A DNA stretch of 64,000 bases, from the NCBI GenBank assembly GCA_902786595.1, contig CADADB010000003.1:85206-149205 (forward strand), given 5' to 3'. Made by a program: the position numbers and the translations under genes. Shown here piece by piece: positions 1-9,379 of this stretch. Position 1 is the first letter of the stretch. The number at the start of each line of letters is the position of its first letter. The notes under the pieces were generated by a model that did no database searches, was not told the DNA's origin, and saw only the letters and a list, made by a program, of their open reading frames with translations. This stretch comes from an uncultured Bacteroidota bacterium (lineage in GTDB: Bacteria > Bacteroidota > Bacteroidia > Bacteroidales > WCHB1-69).

Positions 1-86
1 TGGAAGGTCCTGCAGGAAAGCGAAAGAAGGTTGAAGAAGAGGGCAAGCTGGGCTCTTTCTATAGGGCGTTTGGAAGGTGGGAGTGA
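1..86 (+). CDS. 3' end of a PARG-like macro-domain (TIGR02452-like) protein, partial; paralog of 1175..2155
   Basis: In-frame ...EGPAGKRKKVEEEGKLGSFYRAFGRWE*. I count 7 mismatches in 86 nt against 2070..2155. Confidence 0.6.
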   Translation, partial: EGPAGKRKKVEEEGKLGSFYRAFGRWE

Positions 87-113
87 ACGAGTGAGGGGTT
101 ACTTGTAATCTCC

Positions 114-155
114 GATGCTCGGTTTGGAGATCGCTTGATCTCCAAACCGAGCATC
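114..155. repeat. Perfect 19-bp inverted repeat (gatgctcggtttggagatc / gatctccaaaccgagcatc) with a 4-nt loop
   Basis: Read directly. Shares the core atgctcggtttggag with the hairpin at 930..960. No T-tract, so not a classical terminator. Confidence 0.8.
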
Positions 156-282
156 TCACAAATATCCGGAAGAGCGTGACGTCTAAATAGTTGAAGTTTG
201 GCACGATATTTGCTAAATAAACACGCAAGATTCTGTCCGGGAGGACGGCTCACATTATATTAATAACCAAACCCCAAAATTT

Positions 283-948
283 ATGAACATTCTCTTTCTT
301 CACGGAATGGGTGGTGGTGGTAACAGCTACATACCCCGCTGTCTGGATAAAAAGCTCTCGAAAATGCATTTCATCACCAATGATGGTGAGCCGTGCGACC
401 TCAAGGTCATACGTAAGACCTACAACTACGACCCGGACATTGCGACGGAGCAGATCTCCAGACTGGTGGAGACCAATCACCCCGTCCTCGTCATAGGGGA
501 ATCTATGGGGGCCATCCACGCGCTCGGCATCCGGGGCATCCCGCACATTTATCTCAGTCCGGCACTCAACTACGACAGAGGTGTCGACTTCTTCATGCCA
601 CTGGCTGAATTTTGCAGTCGGATTGGGCGCACCTATCGGAATCGGCGCGGTGCCAGACGTCAAGAGATTGTCGGCGACCCAGAACTGCTGGCCAAGTTCA
701 AGCCGATGCTGGAGGGTTACAAGCAGGCCATCCTCGACAATCCCCGTGACCCTTCCTATGCATACTTCGGCACGAACGACCCCTTCAAGGTGAGGGGGAT
801 CGTCAGTGTTGAGGAGTATAAACGGCTCTATGGCGACAGTGGGGACAATTACGAGGAGTTTGAAGGGGGGCACGTCTTGGATGTCAGTCGTCTCGATGAC
901 ACCCTTGTGCCGAAGATTGTCGAAATGCTCGGTTTGGAGGTTGCATAA
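283..948 (+). CDS. alpha/beta hydrolase, YqiA-like esterase family
   Basis: 221 aa. N-terminal LFLHGMGGGGNS and nucleophile elbow GESMG. Confidence 0.6.
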   Translation: MNILFLHGMGGGGNSYIPRCLDKKLSKMHFITNDGEPCDLKVIRKTYNYDPDIATEQISRLVETNHPVLVIGESMGAIHALGIRGIPHIYLSPALNYDRGVDFFMPLAEFCSRIGRTYRNRRGARRQEIVGDPELLAKFKPMLEGYKQAILDNPRDPSYAYFGTNDPFKVRGIVSVEEYKRLYGDSGDNYEEFEGGHVLDVSRLDDTLVPKIVEMLGLEVA

Positions 949-960
949 ACCTCCAAACCG
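930..960. repeat. 12-bp hairpin (cggtttggaggt / acctccaaaccg) spanning the stop codon of 283..948
   Basis: Read directly. Related to the palindrome at 114..155. Confidence 0.7.
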
Positions 961-1068
961 TCTCGAAATGAGATAAAACCAACTATTTCAACAGTTGAAA
1001 ACTTGCAGTTCCATAACGAATAAAAATCATCAAAAAAACGGCCTTTCTTAAGATGTATGAATATTTTT

Positions 1069-1150
1069 TATTTTTGTCGCACCGTTCCCCTGCCATAATG
1101 TTTAATGGACTTCGCATTATGATTGACGGCGGCGTGAAAAGTGATAAATC
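1069..1150 (+). promoter_or_regulatory. -7 box (tatttttg, 1069..1076) plus conserved leader hairpin, copy A
   Basis: TAnnTTTG match. Stem cataatg (1094..1100) / cattatg (1115..1121) encloses the 14-nt loop tttaatggacttcg. Related to copies at 4851..4946 and 10719..10810. Confidence 0.55.
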
Positions 1151-1174
1151 AGAAGTTCACCAGAATAGTTGACA

Positions 1175-2155
1175 ATGACAAATAAAACCAACACTTTACC
1201 TTCTTGGAATGCGCAAGAAGCAATCGACAGAATAGCAAATGGCGGCCGTTTCACCGCTGGTGCCGTCCGCACCGATGTCTATAAGCACAACCAGACCATC
1301 TTCACCGCCTGGAAATACATTGCCCCTTCGGGCGAAATCGTCGACCTGCCCGGCACGCGCCAGGAGCTGCTGGATGCCACAAAAGTATATCGGGAAGAGG
1401 TATCTGCCGATAAGGTTCCGAGCCGCTATAAGACCACCAAGACCGGGTGTGCCAACGAGGATTGCGTGGTGGTTGCCAAAGGTCTCATTGACCAGGGACT
1501 GAATCCTGCCGTATTGAACTTGGCGGACGCCTACCACGCTTGTGGAAAGTACAACTCAGGGGCGAATGCACAGGAAGAGAGCATCTGCCGTGCTTCCACT
1601 CTTTCGCAGACCCTTTATCAATACTATAACAACAGTTGGGCCCAAAAAGTCGGCGTGCCTCTCCGTGAACAAAGTGCCTATCCGATGCACATCCGTTTTG
1701 GCGGCATCTATTCTCCCGTCACGGTGTTCCGCGATAATGGTTCGACCGGATTCGCCCTGCGCGAAGAACCTTTCCAGACCGCCATTATCTCCGTAGCCGC
1801 GCTCAATTTCAAAGAGGGTCACGAGCACAACAATCTGGAATATCGTGCTGAAGATGGCGGTTTCACCAAAGAGGGTGATGAGATTATGCGCGACAAAATC
1901 CGCACTATCTATCGTATCGCCCTGCTCAACGGTCACGATTCGCTCGTGTTAGGCGCAATGGGCTGCGGGGTTTTCAAACTCAAACCGGAGCTTGTGTCGG
2001 CATTGTTCAAGGAGACTCTCGAGGAGAAGGAGTTCAAGGGCAAGTTCCACACCATCGTCTTCGCGCTGATGGAAGGTCCTGCAGGAAAGCGCAAGAAGGT
2101 GGAAGAAGAGGGCAAGCTGGGCTCCTTCTATGAGACGTTTGGAAGGTGGGAGTAA
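1175..2155 (+). CDS. PARG-like macro-domain protein (TIGR02452/DUF2263-like)
   Basis: Motif VLNLADAYHACGKYNSGANAQEESICRASTLSQTLY resembles the family signature N(F/L)A.A..PGGG....A.AQEE.(L/I)CR.S.L. ATG at 1175 preferred over TTG at 1169. Confidence 0.65.
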   Translation: MTNKTNTLPSWNAQEAIDRIANGGRFTAGAVRTDVYKHNQTIFTAWKYIAPSGEIVDLPGTRQELLDATKVYREEVSADKVPSRYKTTKTGCANEDCVVVAKGLIDQGLNPAVLNLADAYHACGKYNSGANAQEESICRASTLSQTLYQYYNNSWAQKVGVPLREQSAYPMHIRFGGIYSPVTVFRDNGSTGFALREEPFQTAIISVAALNFKEGHEHNNLEYRAEDGGFTKEGDEIMRDKIRTIYRIALLNGHDSLVLGAMGCGVFKLKPELVSALFKETLEEKEFKGKFHTIVFALMEGPAGKRKKVEEEGKLGSFYETFGRWE

Positions 2156-2198
2156 GTGACAAAAAACATCAGAGATAGTAATACAAACAGATGTCAAT

Positions 2199-2696
2199 AT
2201 GAGAGGATTAAAAGTATATCAAAACCACGTGGCATTTTGGGGCTCCCCCTTTTCAAATTTTCATCCTTGCAGATTCGTATATAAAGATGTTGAATGGAAG
2301 TCTTCCGAGCAATGCTTTATGGCGATGAAAGCATTGCACTTTAAGGATGCCGAATCGTATGAACGCATACTTGAATCAACAACCCCGAAGGAAGCCAAAG
2401 CCATTGGACGAAAGGTTAGGAATTTTAGTTTCGGTTGGTCTGCTGTTTCTGAATCAATCATGTTTGAGGTTGTCTTGGCTAAATTTTCGCAAAATGACGA
2501 CTTGAAAAGTCTGATCTTGAGCGATGAATTCAAAGGTAAAAAATTTGTGGAAGGAAGTCCTGATGACAAAAAATGGGGCGTGGGAATGAGATACACGAAT
2601 CCGGCTATTGATGATGAATCAAATTGGGAAGGCAAAAACCTCCTAGGAAAAGTTCTTGACAAAGTAAGAGAACAATTATCAAGCGAACAATTATAA
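2199..2696 (+). CDS. NADAR (YbiA/DUF1768) family protein
   Basis: 165 aa. FWGSPFSNFHP...EWKSSEQCFMAMKA...TPKEAKAIGRKV...GKNLLGKVL matches the NADAR layout. Confidence 0.8.
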   Translation: MRGLKVYQNHVAFWGSPFSNFHPCRFVYKDVEWKSSEQCFMAMKALHFKDAESYERILESTTPKEAKAIGRKVRNFSFGWSAVSESIMFEVVLAKFSQNDDLKSLILSDEFKGKKFVEGSPDDKKWGVGMRYTNPAIDDESNWEGKNLLGKVLDKVREQLSSEQL

Positions 2697-2751
2697 AACA
2701 TACTATCAATAAGCACACATTCCGAGAATCTTCGAAGAGCACCTAATTAGA

Positions 2752-3246
2752 ATGAATCGTATAAAATCGTCTCAGGAAATTCAAAGAGCTGGAAATGAAG
2801 TGACAGACATAAAGTGTGTGGAATTCGGGACAACACTGGATGGTAACCGATCGATCCCAAACTTTGAACTTTGTTTCACATATGGGGGCTGCGAGATATG
2901 GATGGCAGAAGATGACGATAGTCAACAGATAGAAAAGGAAACCCTTTGTCGCATATATGATGAGAACCGGGAACGTTTCTCCCAAGCGGTTATTCCTGTT
3001 TTGCAGAAGATGTTGGATGGCGAAATAATCAGTTATGGTTTGCCGGGCAGCCATCAACTGGAGTTAGCCCGTGACAATCACTTTTTGTTATATGACAATA
3101 TGATTGATGACAATCTCATAGCCGTAATCCCATATCCGGCATACGGTCTTGCGGAAATCGCTCAAATGATTAATGATTGGGCGTACGGCCGTTGTAATCC
3201 CATAAAGGGTAGGGAAGGGATTTGGAGCATCTATGATGAACAATAA
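2752..3246 (+). CDS. hypothetical protein
   Basis: Clean 164-aa ORF in a same-strand cargo array. No motif recognised. Confidence 0.45.
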   Translation: MNRIKSSQEIQRAGNEVTDIKCVEFGTTLDGNRSIPNFELCFTYGGCEIWMAEDDDSQQIEKETLCRIYDENRERFSQAVIPVLQKMLDGEIISYGLPGSHQLELARDNHFLLYDNMIDDNLIAVIPYPAYGLAEIAQMINDWAYGRCNPIKGREGIWSIYDEQ

Positions 3247-3291
3247 TGATATCCCTAACTTATACTAACCGCCTCTTTGTTGGCATGATTT

Positions 3292-4098
3292 TTGCAAAAC
3301 AAACCAACAAAAACCATAAATAATAATATGAATCAAAACACCAATCCCAAGTCTGACAGCCTTTCGGCTGCCCTCCAACAACGTGACAACTCTCGCAATG
3401 ATGCGGGTTACACCTTTCTTGAGCATCTGTTGACACCCAACTCCCCGGGGAGACCTGAATCTGCCACCTTCAAGGAGTATTACACCCTGCGATTTCCGTC
3501 CGACCTGCCCAAATTTTACGACATAGATGTCACCTGCCGCAATTTCGCCTATCCCTTCGTGTTGGGCATGGAACCGCCAAGGGTGGATGAAAATGGGAGA
3601 TGCTATGGGCACAACAAAAAACGGAATGATTTTTGGTTTGAAGGCGACCGTCACTTCAGTATGTTTGCTGCCGCGGTATTCTACACTTCAGCCTGTGCGC
3701 AGGTTGTCGGCAAGCTGTATGGGCGCAAGGCAATGGAGGATTTCCACAAGGCCAGCGGCTGGCCGATGCTGAACTGCGGCATGGGCGGACTGATGAGTCC
3801 TGTGCAGGTGATGCTGGATAGCCGGTTATATCCTTGTACGGCAGGGTTGGACGACTTCATCAAGGTCTTCGACGAGGCGTCTGCTTACCTCGAGGCCGAT
3901 TTCGCCGATTTCTTCCGGAACGATAGTGCCAACCTTGACCCCGTCGCCTATGCCGCTATGCGCGAAACGGCAGATACGGATGCCTTGTGTGAGGAGTTGT
4001 CCCGTCAGCGCGACCTTTTCCTTCGCTGGCTCCGCGACCCGAGAACAAAATATGAGTTGTACTATATCCCGATTGAGACGATGAGGGATCCTTCTTGA
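3292..4098 (+). CDS. hypothetical protein (alternative start 3328)
   Basis: 268-aa ORF. A -7-like box (gatttttgc) lies just upstream. No motif recognised. Confidence 0.5.
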   Translation: MQNKPTKTINNNMNQNTNPKSDSLSAALQQRDNSRNDAGYTFLEHLLTPNSPGRPESATFKEYYTLRFPSDLPKFYDIDVTCRNFAYPFVLGMEPPRVDENGRCYGHNKKRNDFWFEGDRHFSMFAAAVFYTSACAQVVGKLYGRKAMEDFHKASGWPMLNCGMGGLMSPVQVMLDSRLYPCTAGLDDFIKVFDEASAYLEADFADFFRNDSANLDPVAYAAMRETADTDALCEELSRQRDLFLRWLRDPRTKYELYYIPIETMRDPS

Positions 4099-4113
4099 TA
4101 ATTTGAACAGGAT

Positions 4114-4182
4114 TATTTTTGTCGCACCGTCTCCTTGCCATTCCAGACCACGATCTAAATTTCGGCACATTGTGCCATCGTG
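4114..4182 (+). promoter_or_regulatory. -7 box (tatttttg, 4114..4121) plus leader, copy B (divergent)
   Basis: The first ~25 nt (tttttgtcgcaccgtctccttgcca) match copy A. The downstream hairpin is different: ccacgat...ggcac att gtgcc...atcgtg. Confidence 0.45.
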
Positions 4183-4197
4183 TATAAAAAACTTACT

Positions 4198-4830
4198 ATG
4201 AATGAATTATCCCAAAATTATCTCCCATACATTTTGCTGAAAAAGCGTGCCGAAATGTATTCCAATATCGCAGAAAGCGGGTTCTGTCCTTTGAAAAAAG
4301 TGAGTTTTCATTTTTCCGACCCGTATTCGGATTGGGTAGATGTCACCGTCTCCATTGATGGAGAGGAAGTGGCAAAAGCGCGTTTGTCAAATGTTTTGTC
4401 TAGTGATCCTGTAGGCGAAATGATCGATTGGGTAGAGGCTTGCACTAACAATCACAGCAATTATTGCTTTCCGTTCGGTGAAGGCACCGATTATATTTTC
4501 CATTATGAAGATTTGCTCTATTCCCCAATCCAAAGGAAAAAGGACGGGAAAAGATTAGAGACTGGGATTTTCTCGTTGTTTATTAAAAGGATAGAAGGCA
4601 TTCAGTTTGAATATGCATTATGTGACACGAAAGAGTTTGTTGAAAGCTTTTATGATGCGATTCTCGATTTTGCCAAGAGGCAGGAGACCAATGAGAACGT
4701 TGTGGATGACTGGGCAGGGGATTTGTATGGCGATGGAAGAGAAAAGTATAGTGAAGAAGACAAACAAAAGGTTAGGAGGAGGATGCTTGGCAATATGAGG
4801 TCTCCCATAATAGAGGAATACATTAAATGA
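4198..4830 (+). CDS. hypothetical protein
   Basis: ORF 4180..4830. ATG at 4198 preferred over GTG at 4180. No motif recognised. Confidence 0.5.
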   Translation: MNELSQNYLPYILLKKRAEMYSNIAESGFCPLKKVSFHFSDPYSDWVDVTVSIDGEEVAKARLSNVLSSDPVGEMIDWVEACTNNHSNYCFPFGEGTDYIFHYEDLLYSPIQRKKDGKRLETGIFSLFIKRIEGIQFEYALCDTKEFVESFYDAILDFAKRQETNENVVDDWAGDLYGDGREKYSEEDKQKVRRRMLGNMRSPIIEEYIK

Positions 4831-4850
4831 AACCGCTAATAATAATGAAT

Positions 4851-4946
4851 TAATTATGCAGCGTTGTTTGCTTATCTTGATGTTTAACGGACTTTGCACC
4901 AAGGTCGGCGGCGGCGCGAAGAAGTAAAAAAAATAGAAATCCCCTT
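4851..4946 (+). promoter_or_regulatory. Near -7 box (taattatg) plus conserved leader hairpin, copy C
   Basis: About 6 mismatches to copy D over the first ~70 nt. Inner stem cttgatg (4876..4882) / caccaag (4897..4903), loop tttaacggactttg. Outer stem gcgttgt (4861..4867) / gcggcgc (4911..4917). Confidence 0.6.
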
Positions 4947-4952
4947 GATGAT

Positions 4953-5516
4953 ATGAAAAACAATGAACCGATTCGCCTCTTAGGCGTCCGCGATGATTTT
5001 CGCAAAGTCAACTATGAAGAGTACAAGGACAGTTGTACCAATGAATTACTCCAACAATTCCGTGACGGGAAACTTGATGAAGACACCCCGATAGAGACCC
5101 TGCGCGGTCTGATGTACGGCTATACCTTCACCGATGAGTACGCCCAAAGCTGCCATTATCTAGACAGTCCGTTCAGCGTCCGGTATTGGGAGGATATTCT
5201 TGAGAATGACGATTTTCTTGAGGATGACAATCTTATAGACACTTATCAATACCAGACCGAACAGATTATTGACACAATACTGAGTACTGGTGACGGAAAA
5301 ACACCTGCTACTGCCTTCTGCGTCATCGACGTCTACCAGGAGTACGAGTTGTTGGATGAGATTTTCGTCTATAATGTGCCGAAGATAACCCGACAAAAGT
5401 TATTGGAAGGCGGTATTGACTGCATCGAATTCGAGCCGAACGATTTCGGGGTGGAAAAACTCTATTTCGATGTCCATCGGAGATTTGATGTGGATTATCC
5501 CAGGCCCTCTAAATAG
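4953..5516 (+). CDS. hypothetical protein (possibly DUF4919-like)
   Basis: 187-aa ORF directly after leader copy C. The segment GDGKTPATAFCVIDVYQEYELL is reminiscent of DUF4919, but this is unverified. Confidence 0.5.
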   Translation: MKNNEPIRLLGVRDDFRKVNYEEYKDSCTNELLQQFRDGKLDEDTPIETLRGLMYGYTFTDEYAQSCHYLDSPFSVRYWEDILENDDFLEDDNLIDTYQYQTEQIIDTILSTGDGKTPATAFCVIDVYQEYELLDEIFVYNVPKITRQKLLEGGIDCIEFEPNDFGVEKLYFDVHRRFDVDYPRPSK

Positions 5517-5645
5517 GGTGTTGAAGATGATATAAATGTATGAATATGAGCTCTATTTTCAAAGCAGTGTTGGCATTGCACACTGTGCCGTAGCAGAACA
5601 CCCTATTGTGGCCGGCGATGTAGGGCACCATCGGTGCGGTGGCTT

Positions 5646-6233
5646 TTACCCCTCAATGACCAGTTTTTCGAAGGTGTAGTAGTGTTCGGGGATGGGCGCA
5701 TCAAATTCGAGTCCATACCTGTCGGCGCGGTCGGTGGGTTTCAATGTCTCCACCCATTCTTGGTATTCATCGAATATCATATCGTTGTAATCTTCTCGTG
5801 CGTATTCTTCGTCATAATCTTCATCAGAAGTGTCCCAATCCTCTTTTTCAAGGTATTGTTCGAAACTTACAGAAGGAGTAAACAAACCGGCTTTTATATC
5901 TTCAGGCATCGTTTCCTCAAAGAAAAATTCTGTTGGGGGATCTGTTTCCAGGAAGCTTGCTACCGCCAACTCATAAGCCTCGGATTCAGCATCACCGAAA
6001 ATAGAGCTTAATTCTCGGTCAACCTGTTGGGAAATGCCATCCGAGTTGCTTATCAAATTATCCAAATCTTCGCTGGAGAGATCCAGTTCAATCTCGTTGC
6101 TTGCCTTTTCGTCATCTACCTGTTCGTCGCAATGTACCCACTGTTTGAGCAATTCGGCCAGTTCGTCGCTGATTTCATATTCCCGGGATTCGTCATTGTA
6201 CCCTCCGCTGATTTCAACATACAATTTATTCAT
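5646..6233 (-). CDS. highly acidic hypothetical protein
   Basis: 195 aa. I count 58 D+E against roughly 12 K+R. Confidence 0.55.
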   Translation of the reverse strand: MNKLYVEISGGYNDESREYEISDELAELLKQWVHCDEQVDDEKASNEIELDLSSEDLDNLISNSDGISQQVDRELSSIFGDAESEAYELAVASFLETDPPTEFFFEETMPEDIKAGLFTPSVSFEQYLEKEDWDTSDEDYDEEYAREDYNDMIFDEYQEWVETLKPTDRADRYGLEFDAPIPEHYYTFEKLVIEG

Positions 6234-6291
6234 ATTTTTAGTTTTGGGTTAATTATAAAATGGATTTGCTTGATACTGAATGGATTTTTTG

Positions 6292-6651
6292 TTAATTTGG
6301 TCCGAAAGCGTCTTCGCCGATGAATTTCACGCTTTCGGGTATGGCCACGTTTTTCAGCTCAAAACATTTGAAGAAGGCGCTCTCGCCGATGGTTTCCAAA
6401 CCTTCCGGCAGGACGATGCTTTTGAGTTTGTAGCAATTCCTAAACGCATTCGCCTCGATGGTTTTCAAGTTTTTTGACAGTTTCACGCTTTCGAGATTCG
6501 GACAACCGGAGAATGCGCCCTCTTTGATGACCGTGACGCTGTCGGGCATTTCCACGGAGAGCAAGTCCTCTTTGGTGGCGAATTCGGATTCTTTGATGAC
6601 CCTGCGGCGTTCGGGGACGACGAGGTGTGGTGAAGGGTTGGTCTTTTTCAT
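6292..6651 (-). CDS. BspA-type leucine-rich repeat protein (short)
   Basis: Repeats of the form IKEGAFSGCPNLESVKL / IEANAFRNCYKLKSIVL / IGESAFFKCFELKNVAI. Start taken at MKKTNPS (6651). Confidence 0.6.
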   Translation of the reverse strand: MKKTNPSPHLVVPERRRVIKESEFATKEDLLSVEMPDSVTVIKEGAFSGCPNLESVKLSKNLKTIEANAFRNCYKLKSIVLPEGLETIGESAFFKCFELKNVAIPESVKFIGEDAFGPN

Positions 6652-7252
6652 AATTGACAAGTTTTTTGGTTGGTAATTTTGTGTGGTTTTAGCAAAAAAC
6701 GTGCCAAAAATGCAAGGTTGTTTTTCGTGTGGAAAATGACAATGAGGTGGGGGCAGTATAAAATAGTGCTTGGTACATGACAAAAATTTCAGTCTGGTGT
6801 AAGTACTTGGTTAACAATGGCAGACAAGTTAAGATCGGTGTTTTGTTTTCATTTCTGCCTCTCAATAGGAACTCCGTCACAATGTCGAGGCCGTAGCGTA
6901 AGATGCTCTTGGCCTTTCTGTCTTGTATGTGTGTGTGTGACACACTTTTTGAAACAGTATCTTCATTTTGCAGTCAATCTGTTTGACTGCAAAATTACAA
7001 AATCAAATCATTGCGCTCTTAAAACTACTCGTAAAAGACTTTATTTCAGCAATTTCAAATAACGATTAGTCCACTTTAACGGGACAATAGTGAAGAGAAT
7101 TAGAATCTTGTCTTGTACTAGGATTGTGAATATTATTGTGTTTTTGGATAATGTAATGACTTTTTGTGCTAGTTGCATTTTTTATAGCATTATTTGTCAT
7201 TTTTAAGCGAAAAAATGCTATTTTTGCACATTAAAATGTTAATTATATTTTT

Positions 7253-9349
7253 ATGGATACACGTCAATTTTTAGAAAATATCCTACCTGGTAATTATTTC
7301 ATTACCAAATCTATGGAACTGACGAAAAGCCAAACTTCTGGTACATTGTGGTACACTAAGAAGTTTATTGTGCTTTATTACTACATATTCCTTAATGATA
7401 ACATTAATACACTGGCAGTAGCAAAAGAAATCTGTAGTATATTCGATAATTATATTAATTCACTTCCTGAAGAATTGCGAGAAGAAGCCACAGATTATTT
7501 TTATGCTTCTGAAGATGTAGCTGACCTAAGAAGTGAAAACTTTAAATTATTTAGTGATTTTGCTGGGCAAATGCAATTTGCTAATGATAGCGAAAGATTA
7601 TCTTATTATGAATGTGCCAAAAAATACTATTTTGCTTTCTTGATGGAATCTGGTGGGCAAAGCGGTGTAAACAGATGGATAAAAGACCATCTATATACAT
7701 CTGATTTCTGTTATAGTAAAATTGATGATATAATAATAGAATGGGCGGAAAACAACCGTAATAATTTAGAGGCTACAAACCTGTGGTTAAAGAAGTATAG
7801 AAGGGGGGAAGAAGAAAATGCCGTTAGTGGGATGCGAAATGACTATATGGCTTTTGTTAGAAACGAAAGGCAAATATTGTTTTATTATGGTTTTTTCCAT
7901 TCTAAATCCAGTGGTAGCGTAGATAAGGAGTTTAGTAGTTTAACACCGATAGGAGAACTAGCCGTAAAAAGTAACTTCTATGAATTAATAGCTATCTGGG
8001 AACATCAAAAGATAAAAATGTTATCACAACCTGTTAATATTGATATTAGAGGTTTGGCAGATAGTGTAATTAGCAATAAAAATAAATTTACCGTTAATAT
8101 AAATCCATACCTTACCATACTTAAATCATTAAGAAGTACTATGGGCTTTTCAAAAGAAGCCTACCAGTATATTATTTCCAGATTACCAGAGTATCCAAGT
8201 GACGGTGTCGATGTATCTGCTTCTTTTATTAAAAGTGTTAAGAAAAAGGTTATAGGCTTCCATAGAACGGCAGATGTAGCTACAGAAGATTTCAACAAAG
8301 AAATTTTAAAATACATTCTGGGAATCAGAAGTGATTTGGTTAAAGATATGAATTGTAATCCTTTCGGGTTGTGCCAATGGGATAATAGAGGATTAATCGT
8401 AACAAACCAAAGTAAGCTCGATCGGCTTATTGAAATTTATTCCATTCTATGTAATTACAAATCCCAGAAGTATAATGTATTATTTCAAGACTGCACAAAC
8501 GAATTAAAAAGACAATTTGCATGTGGCGCTGAAAATCTAGAGTATCGCATAAATCCAAAGATTAAGATAGACTGGGATATGTATAATATCCATTCTGACC
8601 TTCCTATTCTTTTGGCTACAACAGTACTATTACTGGAAGCAAAAGATAGTATCATCCTTAGTAAGGATACCATTGATTGTTTTACTGATGGCATTAGAAA
8701 TTTATGCCCCAACATATTAAGAATTTTAGGATTGACTAGTAAAGTGGCACTAAGGAATGAACTAAGGAATGTTGAGACTGTATTTACTGAAAAGATTTTT
8801 GATGTTTACTTAGAAGAAAACGATGAAGATTATGGCACAACTATAACAACATATCTGGAAGAATCGTTATCTGATCTGGAACAGAAGATAAAAGAAAATT
8901 CCAATTTGGCTCCTGTATATGTAGATGGTGTGCGTAAGCGTAATATGGTACTTATTAGTTTGATAAAATCATATAATCTACAGAAATATACAGTAGGTGG
9001 TCAGATATTAAAATGTGAATGTTGCGGCAAACCAACATTCATAACCTATAGGAATGAATCTTATGTAGAATATCACCACCTAATACCATTTAGTGAATTT
9101 GATGGACCTGACCATAATCTTAACATTTTGGCACTATGCCCGATGTGCCATAGAAAACTACATTTTCTAAGGCAAGAAGAAAAACTAGCATTATATAATG
9201 ATATTGCAGTTAATAGTTATAGTCATTTGTCAATAGAAAACAGATTGGTGGGTTTGCATAACGAACACAAACTAAAATCATACCAATTAGAGTTTCTTTT
9301 AGCTGATAACGCAATTGATGAAGATGCTTATAATCGAATCTTACAGTGA
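7253..9349 (+). CDS. HNH-domain nuclease, putative restriction endonuclease
   Basis: 698 aa. C-terminal CECCGK...YVEYHHLIPF...NILALCPMCHRKLH is an HNH/zinc-finger motif. Sits in an AT-rich block with two DNA methyltransferases on the same strand. Confidence 0.7.
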   Translation: MDTRQFLENILPGNYFITKSMELTKSQTSGTLWYTKKFIVLYYYIFLNDNINTLAVAKEICSIFDNYINSLPEELREEATDYFYASEDVADLRSENFKLFSDFAGQMQFANDSERLSYYECAKKYYFAFLMESGGQSGVNRWIKDHLYTSDFCYSKIDDIIIEWAENNRNNLEATNLWLKKYRRGEEENAVSGMRNDYMAFVRNERQILFYYGFFHSKSSGSVDKEFSSLTPIGELAVKSNFYELIAIWEHQKIKMLSQPVNIDIRGLADSVISNKNKFTVNINPYLTILKSLRSTMGFSKEAYQYIISRLPEYPSDGVDVSASFIKSVKKKVIGFHRTADVATEDFNKEILKYILGIRSDLVKDMNCNPFGLCQWDNRGLIVTNQSKLDRLIEIYSILCNYKSQKYNVLFQDCTNELKRQFACGAENLEYRINPKIKIDWDMYNIHSDLPILLATTVLLLEAKDSIILSKDTIDCFTDGIRNLCPNILRILGLTSKVALRNELRNVETVFTEKIFDVYLEENDEDYGTTITTYLEESLSDLEQKIKENSNLAPVYVDGVRKRNMVLISLIKSYNLQKYTVGGQILKCECCGKPTFITYRNESYVEYHHLIPFSEFDGPDHNLNILALCPMCHRKLHFLRQEEKLALYNDIAVNSYSHLSIENRLVGLHNEHKLKSYQLEFLLADNAIDEDAYNRILQ

Positions 9350-9379
9350 TCTCTAATTATTTCTAACTGATTGCCAGAT

